Source: Trichoplax adhaerens (taxonomy: Eukaryota > Animalia > Placozoa). From it: a stretch of 64,000 nucleotides of DNA. Position 1 is the first letter of the stretch. The number at the start of each line of letters is the position of its first letter. Made by a program: the position numbers and the translations under genes. The stretch is taken from assembly GCF_000150275.1 (NCBI RefSeq), contig NW_002060962.1:1130203-1194202 (forward strand). The letters run 5' to 3'. This document shows, piece by piece, positions 1-13,200 of the stretch. The notes beneath the pieces were generated by a model, which saw only the letters and a program-made list of their open reading frames with translations, made no database searches and had not been told where the DNA came from.

Positions 1-3000
1 TTATATCCAAGGCATAATAATAAAAGTAATATGCGGAATTATAAATTACGGTTACTGGGAGGACTTTTTTGAAAAAGCCTTGTTTATAATTTCCGTCTTG
101 CTTCAATACGACACAATCCTCACTGCGAATGGAAAATTATTTTAAGTTTGTTTTTGCCAAACCGATGATTTCATTACAGCTGATCAAATTTAAAGCTACC
201 ATTTTGATATTAACAGCGATAACAAATAATAATATAATATGCAGTAAGCTGTTTAAGAATTTTAGCATTAGTTAATATCAAGATACTAGAATTCGAATAG
301 ATAGAGAATAAGTGTCGATTCTAGCTTAATTAAAGAATAATACTTTGTAGACACTCCTTTCTATTAGTAGATTTTTATTCATTACTTGTATCGCACGCGA
401 AAAATATTTCGTCTCACTGATTTTAATAATCATTGTTGATATATCCAATTTATGATCTTTATAAGCTAATGACCTATTTCTTTTAAACTGATATAGTGAC
501 TAAAATCCTTGAATCAATTAATGTTAAACTATAATAAAAAGTAGTAAAGACTAATATTTATTTCTATGTGGTGAAAAATAAGACGAACCTCCACATGGAT
601 TTTAGCGATTTGCCAGTCATAAGACCAAATAGGCAGTAGCAAGGATATATTAATATCGAGAAATTTCGTCCATACCTATTATTTATATGAAATATTCAAT
701 TAATTGTCGTCATATTTAGAACATAAGAATAAATTTACTCACCAGGTCGCAAATGTAAAAGCTGTAAAATTTAATGATGCCATAGAATTCGCAAACTGTA
801 TTTCAACTGTACTTGTTATTGCCAATAACAAGACTATCAGGAGGCCTACCCATGTTTTCGCAGAACTGCTACTACTCTTATCAGGTTGCTCACTTTGTTC
901 TGCTTCTATTATCATCAATTCAAGATAGTAAATTATCGAGTTTAGCTAGAAAGATATTGAAACCAATCATATCTGATAGGATATCTTAATTTGGAATGAT
1001 GGAACTCTTTAACTGCAGAGTAATTCACAGTCATGACAAATGAATATTATTAATACAATATTCTACAGTATCGAAAGGGTCCACTAATATTAATTCGTAC
1101 CAAAATTTTCCTAATTAATCTATAACTTAAAACTGAATACGACAGCTAATATAAATATACATGGAGATTTGATGCTAGTATTTAAGACATGGAATACTTC
1201 GTAGATACTGTCTGCAGCTAAGTAAAGTGCGTGTCTGATTATCATTTATGCTTAGTCTGGTAGAAATTTAATGGCTAAAATTAAAATTGGGTATTAGAAG
1301 GGAAATAATAAATCGTATGGTAGGCCTCAGTTAATATATTTAATAAGTAAAGTGATCTAGCAAGGTAGATATCATCAAAATATCCTGCTAAACTACATAG
1401 ATGTCAAAAGGAATTTATTTTCTTTCAGATGTATAATTAAATTAAGAAATTCGTAAATTAACATGATGAACTATCATATTTAAACTCGTAATTCAAAGGT
1501 AAATTTCAAAAAAGTCGAAGCAATTGTAGTTGTTAGTAGTCTTATGAAATATTTTCGCTATAAGTAAATTAAAAAAAATAGCAATGCACATCCATGCAAA
1601 GTATCTATCCAATTCAAGTTAAAGCTACTCATAGTTGTTAACTACATGAAGAAATAAATCCTTAAATAAATTACAAAGTTAAGAGCAATATGGGTACATT
1701 CAATTTAAGCTTATGCAGCACATGGATGAGATTCATACATTTAAAATAAACAGAATCTCCTTCCTATAATTTTGATAATGAATGCATACTGCGCTATTTA
1801 TTTATAATAGCTTGTGCTATCGTAGAGTTGATGGGTAACATGTTTCATTTGTAAATCTATGTCAGTCTAGTAAATTTTTGTCGACTTTGTCAGTACTTTA
1901 CTTTCACATATGTAAATTGAGGTTAATCTTACGGTATTATAAAAAATTGATATTAACTCAATTACGACTAGTAGTTAGTCCTAACTGAGTGATAATACAC
2001 GTATGCAGCAGTAGGCACATTGATAGTATTTGATACGTATTACTTTAAACATTGATTTATAGTATTAGCTCCTGATATCTTAAAATATTATTACATGTTC
2101 TATATCCGTTAGCCAGTTCTATATACATTCATGATATTATTAGGATTATTCTAATTATGCTATGCTATTCGAAAGGATAAAAAATAATTCTATTTTATGT
2201 ACATGTAATAATTTAGTGTATAGTTTGTAATGTGTTCATGATTGATTCGCACCTTTAGGACATTCGAGATCTATGTCGACTTTAACTTGTTTGGTCATGT
2301 TGATGGTATATTGGTTAGCTAATTTTTTGTAGTGATTTCTTGGAAAATAATAGTTCTAAATTCATGTACAAAATTATAACGTAGAATGCATTAACAAATC
2401 TTTCCGGAAAGGGTAATCTAGTTTTTAAGAATAAATCCACGCTAATGTTAGATTCGGATTGAATGGAGGTATCTGTTATGATTAGAATTATAAAATTTTT
2501 TTAAGATATCTTTAATTAAATTTCGAAAAATCTACCTTGAGTTGAGCTGATGTTAGGCTTTAACCTTCGTAATTAGAACCGTGATTGAAATTCACGATCA
2601 CGGTAGAAAATGTGGAGTACTTGTTGCTGACGACGTTTATTCGATTTGATCTATCAGTAAGCGTGGCGAGCTTAAATAGTTTCTGCTTCTATAGAATACA
2701 TTGCTATTAAACCGGTTGTTATTTATGTTATTTAAGAGGGCCTGCTGGGTAGTAAGTATCATTCTCACGGTCTTTCTCTGTATATAGATGAGTCTGTACG
2801 AGTCTGTATAATTTAATTTTTAGTAATGTTTAATTTAGCTTGAATATTTCTTTCATACTAGTAACAATGATTCTGTATATTTAGAATTTGCCTTGATTAA
2901 ACTTACTTTGCAAATTCATATTAAGTGCACTTGATATCGCCCATACACGTCAGCATTTTTTCTGATTTCCTATAGTATCATTATAAAATTTCGCTCACGC

Positions 3001-3124
3001 TTGATAAGTTAGCCCTGAAACCAGTTTTCATGCCTGCAACTGGTTTAGTAAACAGGTTTATTATAAGCAAACGGAATGCAAGATAATTAGGCTTTTAGGA
3101 TAATATTTTATAATTTAACTGCAG

Positions 3125-3335
3125 CTAAAATGCTTTCTAATTGGACAGAATGCCACTTAATGTAACCAAAATGACGTAATCCTATCAACTTTATCAAGAT
3201 AAGATTACTAATATTTGAAAATATTTTATAAAATCTAATGACTTCTAAAATGCATTCCAATTGGCAGGATGCTTACTTAATGTAGCCAAAATGATGCAAT
3301 TCCGTGAACTTTATCTAGACAGCATCTTTAATATT
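3125..3335. repeat. Diverged two-copy tandem duplication, about 120-bp unit
   Basis: CTAAAATGC..T..AATTGG...ACTTAATGTA.CCAAAATGA...AACTTTATC at ~3125 and ~3245. Confidence 0.8.
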
Positions 3336-6300
3336 GTTAAAAATGAGCTGTTCTCATAAAAATGAATAAATCTACCTTGTAAGTTAATAGTATCATCTCT
3401 CCATTATTTGTTTAGGAATCCATACGAGGCCTTACAATCATAACTAGCTCGTCAATGAAATAATATACAGATGCTATGTAATCAAAGATAGTATCTGGTT
3501 TAATATTACCTTTAACCCTGATAATTTGTATCAGAGTACAATGTCTTTTTATATTTAAAGGCAGATATTAACTCTTATAGATTAACTTAAAAAATAATTT
3601 TAATTGCACGCTTAAAACCTTCAGAAAGAAAATTTTACTATAATTTAAAATCAAAGCTGATGATGTAATGATATATCTGCGTGTAAGAGAGCAATTAAGA
3701 AAATTTAGTTGGATGATAAAGTACTGTACATTTTTACATTCCATTTTTGTAGGTTATATCGAATGAAATTATATTGCGATTGTACACTTTTATTTGGGAC
3801 ATCAAATTATGTCGATAAGAGAATAAAGCATCCTAATAGAATAGAATAGAATGTTGTGTAAATTATCGCATCATGGTGTCGCATTGAAATTCATTCGTTT
3901 AGTAAAACAGGCTATTGTTAGACAATTTGCGTCGAAATGTAATTCTTATATTTGTACAGATGTAAATAATCATCAACACTTAGTAGGCAAGTGCGGTAAT
4001 CCTTCACGCAACTTTAATTTTGTTTAACTGTATTGTTACATCAATAAATAAATAAGCGTATACTAATTTCTGAAGGTTATATCTCCTATGGTGGCTTATA
4101 ATGATCTAAATGAAATGAAGCTGTTAGGAATTGCAACACCTTAATTATCCTGATCAAGAGAGGCTTCCCGCTACGTCAAAGTCTGGTTTGATCAGAAATT
4201 CTATCGGATACATCATTAAAGCAGCCCTAACATAGCCTCAACTTTCTTGATAAACCTTTCCTGATGATTAAAGGGATCTGGTGTTAGTGCATCTATCGCA
4301 AATCAGTTTTTACAATGGATAATATCTGTGCTGGATTATTTGGTAGGAATTCAACTAAAGTATGTTTATTTATTCAAATGCTGGTTTACATTTTATTAAT
4401 AACAACTCGTGATAAGCATCGGTTTCTGGCTCTATGTTCATCCAAGTCAAATGGGTCACACAAATTGAGTTATAAGTTTGGAGGACTGACAGGGTAATTA
4501 TTAACGAAAAAGGGTCATTGTTATCTAAATTATTATCAATAGTCAGCAATTGCATTTATCCTTCTTCGAGCTATATAGTCGCCCAACATATTGCCCAGCT
4601 TCGGGATTTACTGCTACTGATAATCTACCATTATGGTGCAATAAGCAAATCTTGCAGTAAATTACACTCTAGACTTTAATGCGTGATTTTGGATGCTTTC
4701 CTTAGTCAGAAGTCATTTTTAGCGGTTAAACTAATCGAAGCTATGTTTAAATCTGTTTTATTAGCCTTAAAAAATCTCGTCAACATTAGCTAAGAACAAT
4801 TTGATTATTATCTATTCTAGAAAAGTTTTAAAGTGAAAAACTGTATGAGTATATTAAGAATAGCTTGCCATATATGCCTATCGGATCATTGGTAAATACC
4901 ATTCGTCTTCAAGATATAAAAGTAGCTTAATACTCCGATCAGAATTTTTTATTCTAAAAGTCCAAAAGTAGTATTGAAACTCTTATAGCCATGAAAGGTT
5001 TTAGTATAGAAAGTTACTGTAGAATAGAAATAGATTTATCTGAAGTATTTAAAATGTGCTCAATCAAAGGTTCAATCTTGGTGTTTGTACTAACGAACAA
5101 AATTTTAACCATAACCGAGTAGATATTCTAAATAATTATCATTACCCAGTGCCGTTATTTATGCATGGCTTGCTTTGTATCGTTCTCAGCTCATTTCTGC
5201 AGGGGCTAAATTTTATGATGTACAACAAAATATATTAATCATAGCCTCTGCATGTTGACTATGTGCTATATCACATATTGATGTGCAAGATAAGCTAGAC
5301 TTGGAAAGGTGGCTAAGCTAACGTTAAATTTCTACCTCATGCGAGATACTGTGTAACGCACTCCCAAAATTTACAATTACCGTACATTACGTACTATAAA
5401 ACTAAAAGGACAATAAATTTATAAATTAATAAGGTAGCTTATGAGACCAAAGTTCTAATTTAAAATATAATTAATTACCTAAGTACATTAGGCTATCGGA
5501 TACATACGGCATGCAAATAGCCATATGCCACCCAATACACGTAGTGAAATTCTGTTCCAGGGTAAGGCATGAAGACATTGTCTATATGTTATAGATTAAT
5601 AGACGCAGGAGTAATTAAATAATAGGAAGGTAAGTATCCGTCTGAATAAAATAAATGTAGACGTGACAGATTGTGTTTACGTATTTTCGGTCTTACTATT
5701 TGAATATGTGCTTATCGCTGGCAAACATTTGGGTTTATTGCATGAAGGTTACACCGGACTTATAGCTATTTTATCGAAGAGCATCTAACTCTGCAGATAT
5801 TACTCAAAGTATAGAAACACTCAAATCAGAACTTGAAAGCATTGAACATTTTGTGCTGGGTATCATTGCTAGCCACAACAGCAACAAGCAACAAATGCTC
5901 ATGAGTTTTGATGTCTTTCAAAGGTTAGATCTGATGCTCTGTTCTATGCTTTACTGTTCAAATTGCTTGTAGTGCACAAAGAAATTTTAAGCACAAGCTT
6001 GACATCAGGTAGCGTTAAATTTGTATCACCTTGAAAACAGATCATGGATTGCTGTTTAGTCATTTTCTTGTGATAAGTCTACAATTAAAAGCTAAAATAT
6101 CTTCATAACAGCTACTACAATATTTATGAGAGTAATCTGAATACCTACAAATATAAATATACCGAAGACTTTCATATGCAGATGTACAGACATGCAGACA
6201 CACAGACTAATCGAAGTATTATTCAAATCAATGCTCTAACTAGTCTAAAAATGATATTTTATATTAAATTACAGCTCCTAATTTAATTTGCATTAAAATG

Positions 6301-6530
6301 TAATTACTTTTTTGAAATCAAGCATATACAGTAGAGATTATTATTTCATAATTAATTTATTTGCAATATATCAGCGTAAGCCATGAAAATGTGAGCTAGC
6401 TATTGTACATATTTTATGTACGATGTAACGGTATTTATAAAAGGATTCTCAAACAAAGTTTGTCAATTATTTCGGATCGGATATCAAAAATTTTTCCAAC
6501 GGCTGTTGTGAATCCAAAGCAGAAAAAACG

Positions 6531-8732
6531 ATGCTCTCAGGAATGTCTGGAGAATCAACTAGATCTCTAAAGGCTAGGCGCTCACATTCTCTTGGTGGGC
6601 AGATCAGACCGCAAAGATTAGAACACGATAAAGATGAAGATGTTGATGAAGGAATGGATATTGATGAGAAGACTAGATTGCCGCCACAATCGTCTGCAAA
6701 CCGCTTTATGAGTCTCTTTCGTTTTACCAGTCAAAATGGACATCAAGGCATTCCTCGAGAGAGTAGTAGCGAAGGAGATATACGTTCCATTGGCACCAAC
6801 GACAATAGTATCTCTGAAGATGCAAAGAAAGATAAAATAAGAGATGAAATAACTAAGGTTAGACCTTGAGAACAATGTTTCGTACAAGCATTTCCAAGTA
6901 TATATATATATACCTTCATAATACAAAAATGCTACATTTCATAGTAACTTGAGTGAATTTATAAGTAACGCGGTTAATCCATCAGTATAACAATACAATA
7001 TTGACAGTATAAAAATTTCAATTTCGTAATATCTTAGCTGGAAGCGGAAATACAAAGTTTACATCAAACGATCGCTCGAAAAGAAGAGTTATTAACAAAT
7101 CTTCGGAAGGAACTAGGAGTTACTACAAATTCGCCCTTTACCCAGTTTAAAGAGAAATTCCAAATGACGTTGTAAGTTGATTGTATCCGGTAAACTGATC
7201 CAGAAACAATACTATTCCATGATGTGGTATTATGTGTTTATGTCAGTAAGCTTTCCATCAGAGAATTAAATATTCTGCTCTTCTTTACATATATTGTATC
7301 AAGTGTAGCACACATTTAAAGCAAATTTTGGCTTAAGAACAAGCGAAAATTTGAATTCTATTTTTTTACACCTAAGTAATTTATACGACTTATTCAGTGC
7401 CATTAAATGCCTTAGGGACATATGGCAAGATGATGTCATCAATTAGCTTACATTAACCATTTAGCACATCTAGTTGAGCTGTAGGTAGTATAGAATTGGT
7501 GTCGTTTAGAGATTTGTGACTTTGGAACTAGAATAGCTGTTAGCTATTAGCTTACATTCACATTTAACTGCAGATCTTGTCTATTAACTTCTATCACATA
7601 AATCGCCATCACTCTTGCACATTTGCTTACTCTCATCGCCCTCAACTTTTATATCTTATTGACATATATCTGTTTGCCTATTTTGTAAGATCTGGAATTA
7701 CATCGGAATGTTCTACACTATATACTGTACATCGTATTTTACAAGCACCATACTCTTTACTAATGTAACTACTGTAGCTAAATCAAGTTAAAATTATCGC
7801 AGTTTACTTGAATGATTACTCACTGTGTATTATGATGGAATGACCTTGTAATAATCTCCTGCTGTATTACAGTTACTGTACTACAAGAATTGGCTGAAAT
7901 CATTACATATGATCTTTGTCTTTTAATCTAAGAATTAGTTAACCAGCTACGATGCAGCCATTCGTCCAAGCAGATATGTTTGACTAGATTATTTTTCATA
8001 CTTTAGCAATCTGAAGAAGTCCGGGAATCCTGAGCCTATGCAATCACCGCAAGATGAAAATATTACGATGAAAGATCGCTTCAAGTATTTGATTGCTAAA
8101 TTTATAACATAAAAGATAGCACTTTCGACAGTACAATTAGATTTCCTCAGTAAAGACTTTGTGGTAAAATAGTTAATGATGGAAATTGATCCGTTATTTC
8201 TGCTTATTACGAAGGGAAGGTTCAGAAAATACGATGAAAGTGATCGAAGAGAAATTTCAGTCTGCCGGTTCTGCTTTAAAAGTAAGTAATACTTGCTGCT
8301 AAAGTTGGGTCAAGTTAAACCGGTTGTTGTTACTTTGCAGCACTATGAATTGAGTTTCATCCTGTTATTTAATAAATACATAGTATAATGTATTGAATAA
8401 TAAAATTTATAAACAGAACGTGCAGGCATAAGTTTTTATACGAATGTATACCTTCTAACTGGTAGAAAACAAATCACAAGCATTACTTAGATTTAAGTGA
8501 TTAAAGATTCAGCTTTTTCTAAGAATGTAACTAGAGGTTATTCTATAGACTTAACAGATTCTTCATAAAATGACACAATTTAATGTTATCAATATAATGC
8601 TACGTTGTATTCTAGCTAATCCAAGTTTTACAATAACTTTTCAGAAAGGAAAACCTGATTGAAAGAACTTTTATTTTTCATTATTAGAGATCAATCTGGA
8701 GGAGATCCTTGAGAGCGACTACTGGAACCTAG
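6531..8732 (+). CDS. Tumor protein D52 (TPD52)-family coiled-coil protein, about 5 exons
   Basis: Phase-consistent exons 6531-6857, 7038-7171, ~8007-8084 and ~8215-8281, then 8688-8732 (or 8645-8662). The spliced sequence contains IRDEITKLEAEIQSLHQTIARKEELLTNLRKELGVT, matching the TPD52 coiled coil (ELAKVEEEIQTLRQVLAAKE..LKRKLG). Confidence 0.7.
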
Positions 8733-10226
8733 TTCTAAGTGAGAGTGGTGCTTATTTCCATCGCAGGAAAACAGTGGTGCTGTGAAGTATATATGCATAA
8801 CAAAATGCTCAAGTTATCTCTTGAATTTAGATCTACCGGCAAATTACAGAATTTTTATCGACTTGAAACTTGACGAATAAAAGTATGGAGATCAGTAACA
8901 TACAGTCGATTGCCAGGATAAATGTTGCTTATTATTATTGCATCGATTAGTTATTTCGACGACGCACCACTATTTGTGGATTTATATAAAATATTGGACA
9001 TTAGCCGTATCTTATATACATATATATACGTATTTGTTGTATGTTATGTTAATATTTATCTGTTACTATATATCCATAAATTAATTAATAAAATTATTCA
9101 TGAAATGATGCTTTTCCTTGCTGCTTTATACCAAATTGTCATACTGTATATAGCTTGCTGAGGGTCAGTGTCGTACTATTACCCAATGATTTAGTAGTTT
9201 TGACTTCATATCTACATGCAAGTTAGAAAAGAACATTACTAGTTACTGTAAGCCTATGCAATTAGTCACTGATTTATGAAAGTTAGGATGCTCCATAGAA
9301 CCAATACCATTGATTACTACGTACAATAGGAATTCATATACAGATTTAAAGTTTTCATAATTGGGTTTATATTACGAAAGGGTTGCCTATTATGCCTCAC
9401 TGAGATTGAAATACTCGTATGATTATATATGTTATACATCGATATGCCCGTAAACATCAAAATACTCGTATAATGCTCCTAATTTTTATGTTTCATCGAA
9501 GCTGATGGCAAAGAAACCACCGACTCCCAATCATATCCATTGATTATATAATAATTCACCAGGATTTACCGGAGAAAATTTTAAAAATTAGCCTTTAATT
9601 AAACGTGTAGAGGCAATTAAGAATATTTCGATCAAATTATTGTTATTAGTACAGCGCATGCCTGCTATCGATTTAATGCTCAGATATATACCGACAAATT
9701 TATGCTTTCTAACACTTTGAATAAAATTGGTCGTTACCATAACCATCTCCCACTTACATCGCACCAGAATTATTATATTATCAGAGTATACAGTAAAGTA
9801 AATTTCATGCCCTGAAAAGTTTGCGATTACAATCTGACTTCGATAAGTGTCTTACAACTGAGTCTAGTTTGTGTACTACAAGCTCGGTAAAGAACAACTA
9901 TAGCCACTGGTGGCGTAAATAATTATATAATTCTTCGAAAGGAGTAACAAATATGTAAGGTAAATATGTTTCTTGCAAAGAAGTTTAAGCGCCATTGTTA
10001 GTTCCTAACGGTATACGAAAGCAATGGACAACTTTTCGACGTCTAACACACCACTCAAGATCTGATATCGCCTATTTAGTGTATACCCGTAACAACATAT
10101 ATTGAAATTCAAAGACTAATTCGTTTTCGTAAAATTCATAAAAGTTTATTTTTAAGAGGGGGATAAAAATTTTTGTTTTACAATAATTTCGTAGACTTAA
10201 TAACAATTCAGATCTTTGATTCACGA

Positions 10227-13200
10227 TTACCTCAGTTCCTTTTTCATCCTAGAGTAAAATATATTGCAGACAACGATTAGTGATCCAAGACCCAAGAATA
10301 TTTGTCTCTTAAACATGTTTATCATGTTTAAGCAAAAAATCACGAGCCTTGTAAGTTACCTATCATTGGCAATGGACCTTAGTACTGAAGTTCCGGATAC
10401 GAACGTAATTCCACCAATAACGGCAAGATATTTCAGAGTAGTAAACATATTCTACAATCAAAGAAGTTGCGTTAATATTTACAAATTGAAAATATTCGAT
10501 ACTAATTAATGGTATCTTACCAAATTGGTCCAGTAACAGTAATACAGCAAAAAGATGGCTATTTAGGAATTAAAACAGTGTTAGTATACGTGTGTATTAT
10601 ATAGTTATCTGATTGTTGTTAAGTTATTAAACTAACTTACCACCAACTCCTAAGTGAAAGACGATATTTGGCAACGTAAAGGAAAAATTAGATACATTTG
10701 CTCCGAATAGATTCCACTGTAAAAATTAAAAAATAGGCCATTATAAAAATACTCGAATTAAGTAGCTCTTCATATATTACATCTGTTTCTAAGAAAATGT
10801 GATCTAATCTTAGTCAGTAAGTCTTATAAAACAGAAGAAATACTGGTGGATGTAGATTAATGATATTTGCAATTTGATATTAAAGCTTCCAGAGATAATC
10901 ATTGCCCGGCAGCCTTTGTATTGATCAAATTGCAGTATGACATTAACTGTTGCGAAACATGACTGTCTTTCAACTGTTAATGATCACACTTTATACAACA
11001 ATATTTTCACGTTGATACTAAGTTTCCATCGAAAGGTAGCAAGAACGATAACTATAAATTCGAAATACTGCAACAAGCAGCACTTACCATTACAAACATA
11101 ATCACCAAAGGTGATAAAACTAGTAGGGTGAAAGCCTTAGATACGAGCTCTGGAGGGCGTTTTTCGGGAACACGGAACACATGCTAAAATCCCCCAAAAT
11201 TTTTTAGATCAGTGAAAACTGGATACATCGCCTACTCTTATTGAGTACATTAATTCAAGAACCTGTATCTCTGGTTTAGAGCTTGGAGGAATTTTTGTCG
11301 AAGGAGCCGCAGCACCAGTCGTAGTAAACTTTAGACTAAGACTACCCTGGGTGATTCATGTAAAAAACAACATTAAAACTATAATCTCTCTAAAGAATAA
11401 AGAATACTGTCCTTTGTAATATACACGATAATAATAATATTGTTGATTATTACCACTTTCCAATAAATCTGGTTGGAAAAAGTAGGATCGCCGATAATTA
11501 CGTCCATAGAGTAGTTACCACTTTGTGAGTAGAAGGTTTTACGGAGTTCGGTAATGTCCTGATTTTAAGTATTAAAACTGACATTACGATTCGATAAATA
11601 AGATTTACTACTATGTAATAGCATACATACCAATTCTAGCGATAGCAATTGTTCATTTCGGTTAGTGAATAAGAAAGAACGATCTACATTACATTTGTCA
11701 CATGCCAATCTTAAGAAAGCCTGTGTTTATCAAGAATAATTTCATTATTTCCTTTAATTTTATAATTATCATTTTGGGAATTATGGATACAATATAAACA
11801 ATAAAATGATAATATTACTATTGCTAACCTGTTGAGGTACAATTTCCACATTTTTTTCAACATCTTTAACAATAAATTCAATTGCTACATTCGAATGCTC
11901 ATCTGCTTGAATATTCGAAGCTAGTCCTTTTGGAAAAGTCGCCCTATAATACAAATTCGACGTGGCAAAAAGATACATGAAATTATTGATATAGATTTAC
12001 TTCAAATATAGAAGTAGTCAAAATTATTACAAGAATGATATAATGTACAAGGGACTATTCTTTCTCGATTACAGTAATACCTGACTGTACCTAAATTTCA
12101 GGTACACACGTACCTTGCTTCTTTCTGTACTGAAGCTTGGTCTATGTCGCTAGTTTTTACTTTGAAGGATTCAACAGCAACATTGACAACCTTTTTAACT
12201 TTAAAGCTAGAGTCTTGTAATCCAATTAATCGTTTATCTTCCACAACAGGTGCAACATTAAAATGAACAGTATAAAATCCACGTTCAGGCTTCATTTTAT
12301 TAAAATCAAACTGGTATTCACCAGCTGATTTTTCTACAAGATCAACATCACTTGCGATGGTGTTTCCTTCAGTGGACACAATCGAGGTAGCTTTGACGTC
12401 CATTTTTGGTAAAGGTTTCCCTAAGATATTACATGCTTTCACCTATATTTCAAAATCATTGGGTTTAGCAAATTAATTGAATAAAATTAGGATGTATAAT
12501 GATAATTACCAATAAACACAACTATTCAGGCTAAGTTAACTTACGACAATATTTCCATCGTTTTTCCGGATGAGGGCTTGACTAGTCAGGACAACGCTTC
12601 CGGGAATTTGAAACTATTTATTAACATTTTTAAGTTAGATCACATGTTGACGTCACATTATGCCTCCTTTGATAATTCGAATAGTTATTCAGTATTGTGT
12701 GCATTTACAAAAATGAAAATCTACAAAGGAAGTTAACTACCTTGTTTTCAGTAAAAGCCTGAAGCCCAAGAGCAACATAGTATGCGTTTCTAACGGATCC
12801 AACATGCCTCTTGCTAACAATGTAATTGGCAAGCTTAATTGCTTGATCATTGTCAATAGCTGGAGTAAGACCTCTTGCATAGCATAGACGGTACACTCCC
12901 GTAACAAATAAAATCGTATCTCGAATCCCGCCATCAAACTGCAAATACTTATCACCAATTTCATCGGCTTGATTTAGTACTTCTCCTATGGCATTAGGGA
13001 TTGTGCCAATATCGGCATCTTTTGGTAAGAAAGCTGCGGCATGAAAGGCGAAGCTGTGACTGTCGTTAATATACAAAAAATGACAGTAAAACAACAATAC
13101 AGGTATCTCAATACAGGAAAAGTTGATCATAGTTATGAAACTAATATGTAGTTGTAAATGTTTATTGCATGGTTTATCTCCCTGATTACTGTCACATAGT

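Noticed and set aside
704-5238. Short ORFs in the first 6 kb
   Set aside because: They are 60-74 aa, show no recognisable motifs or exon chain, and have the composition of random AT-rich sequence.
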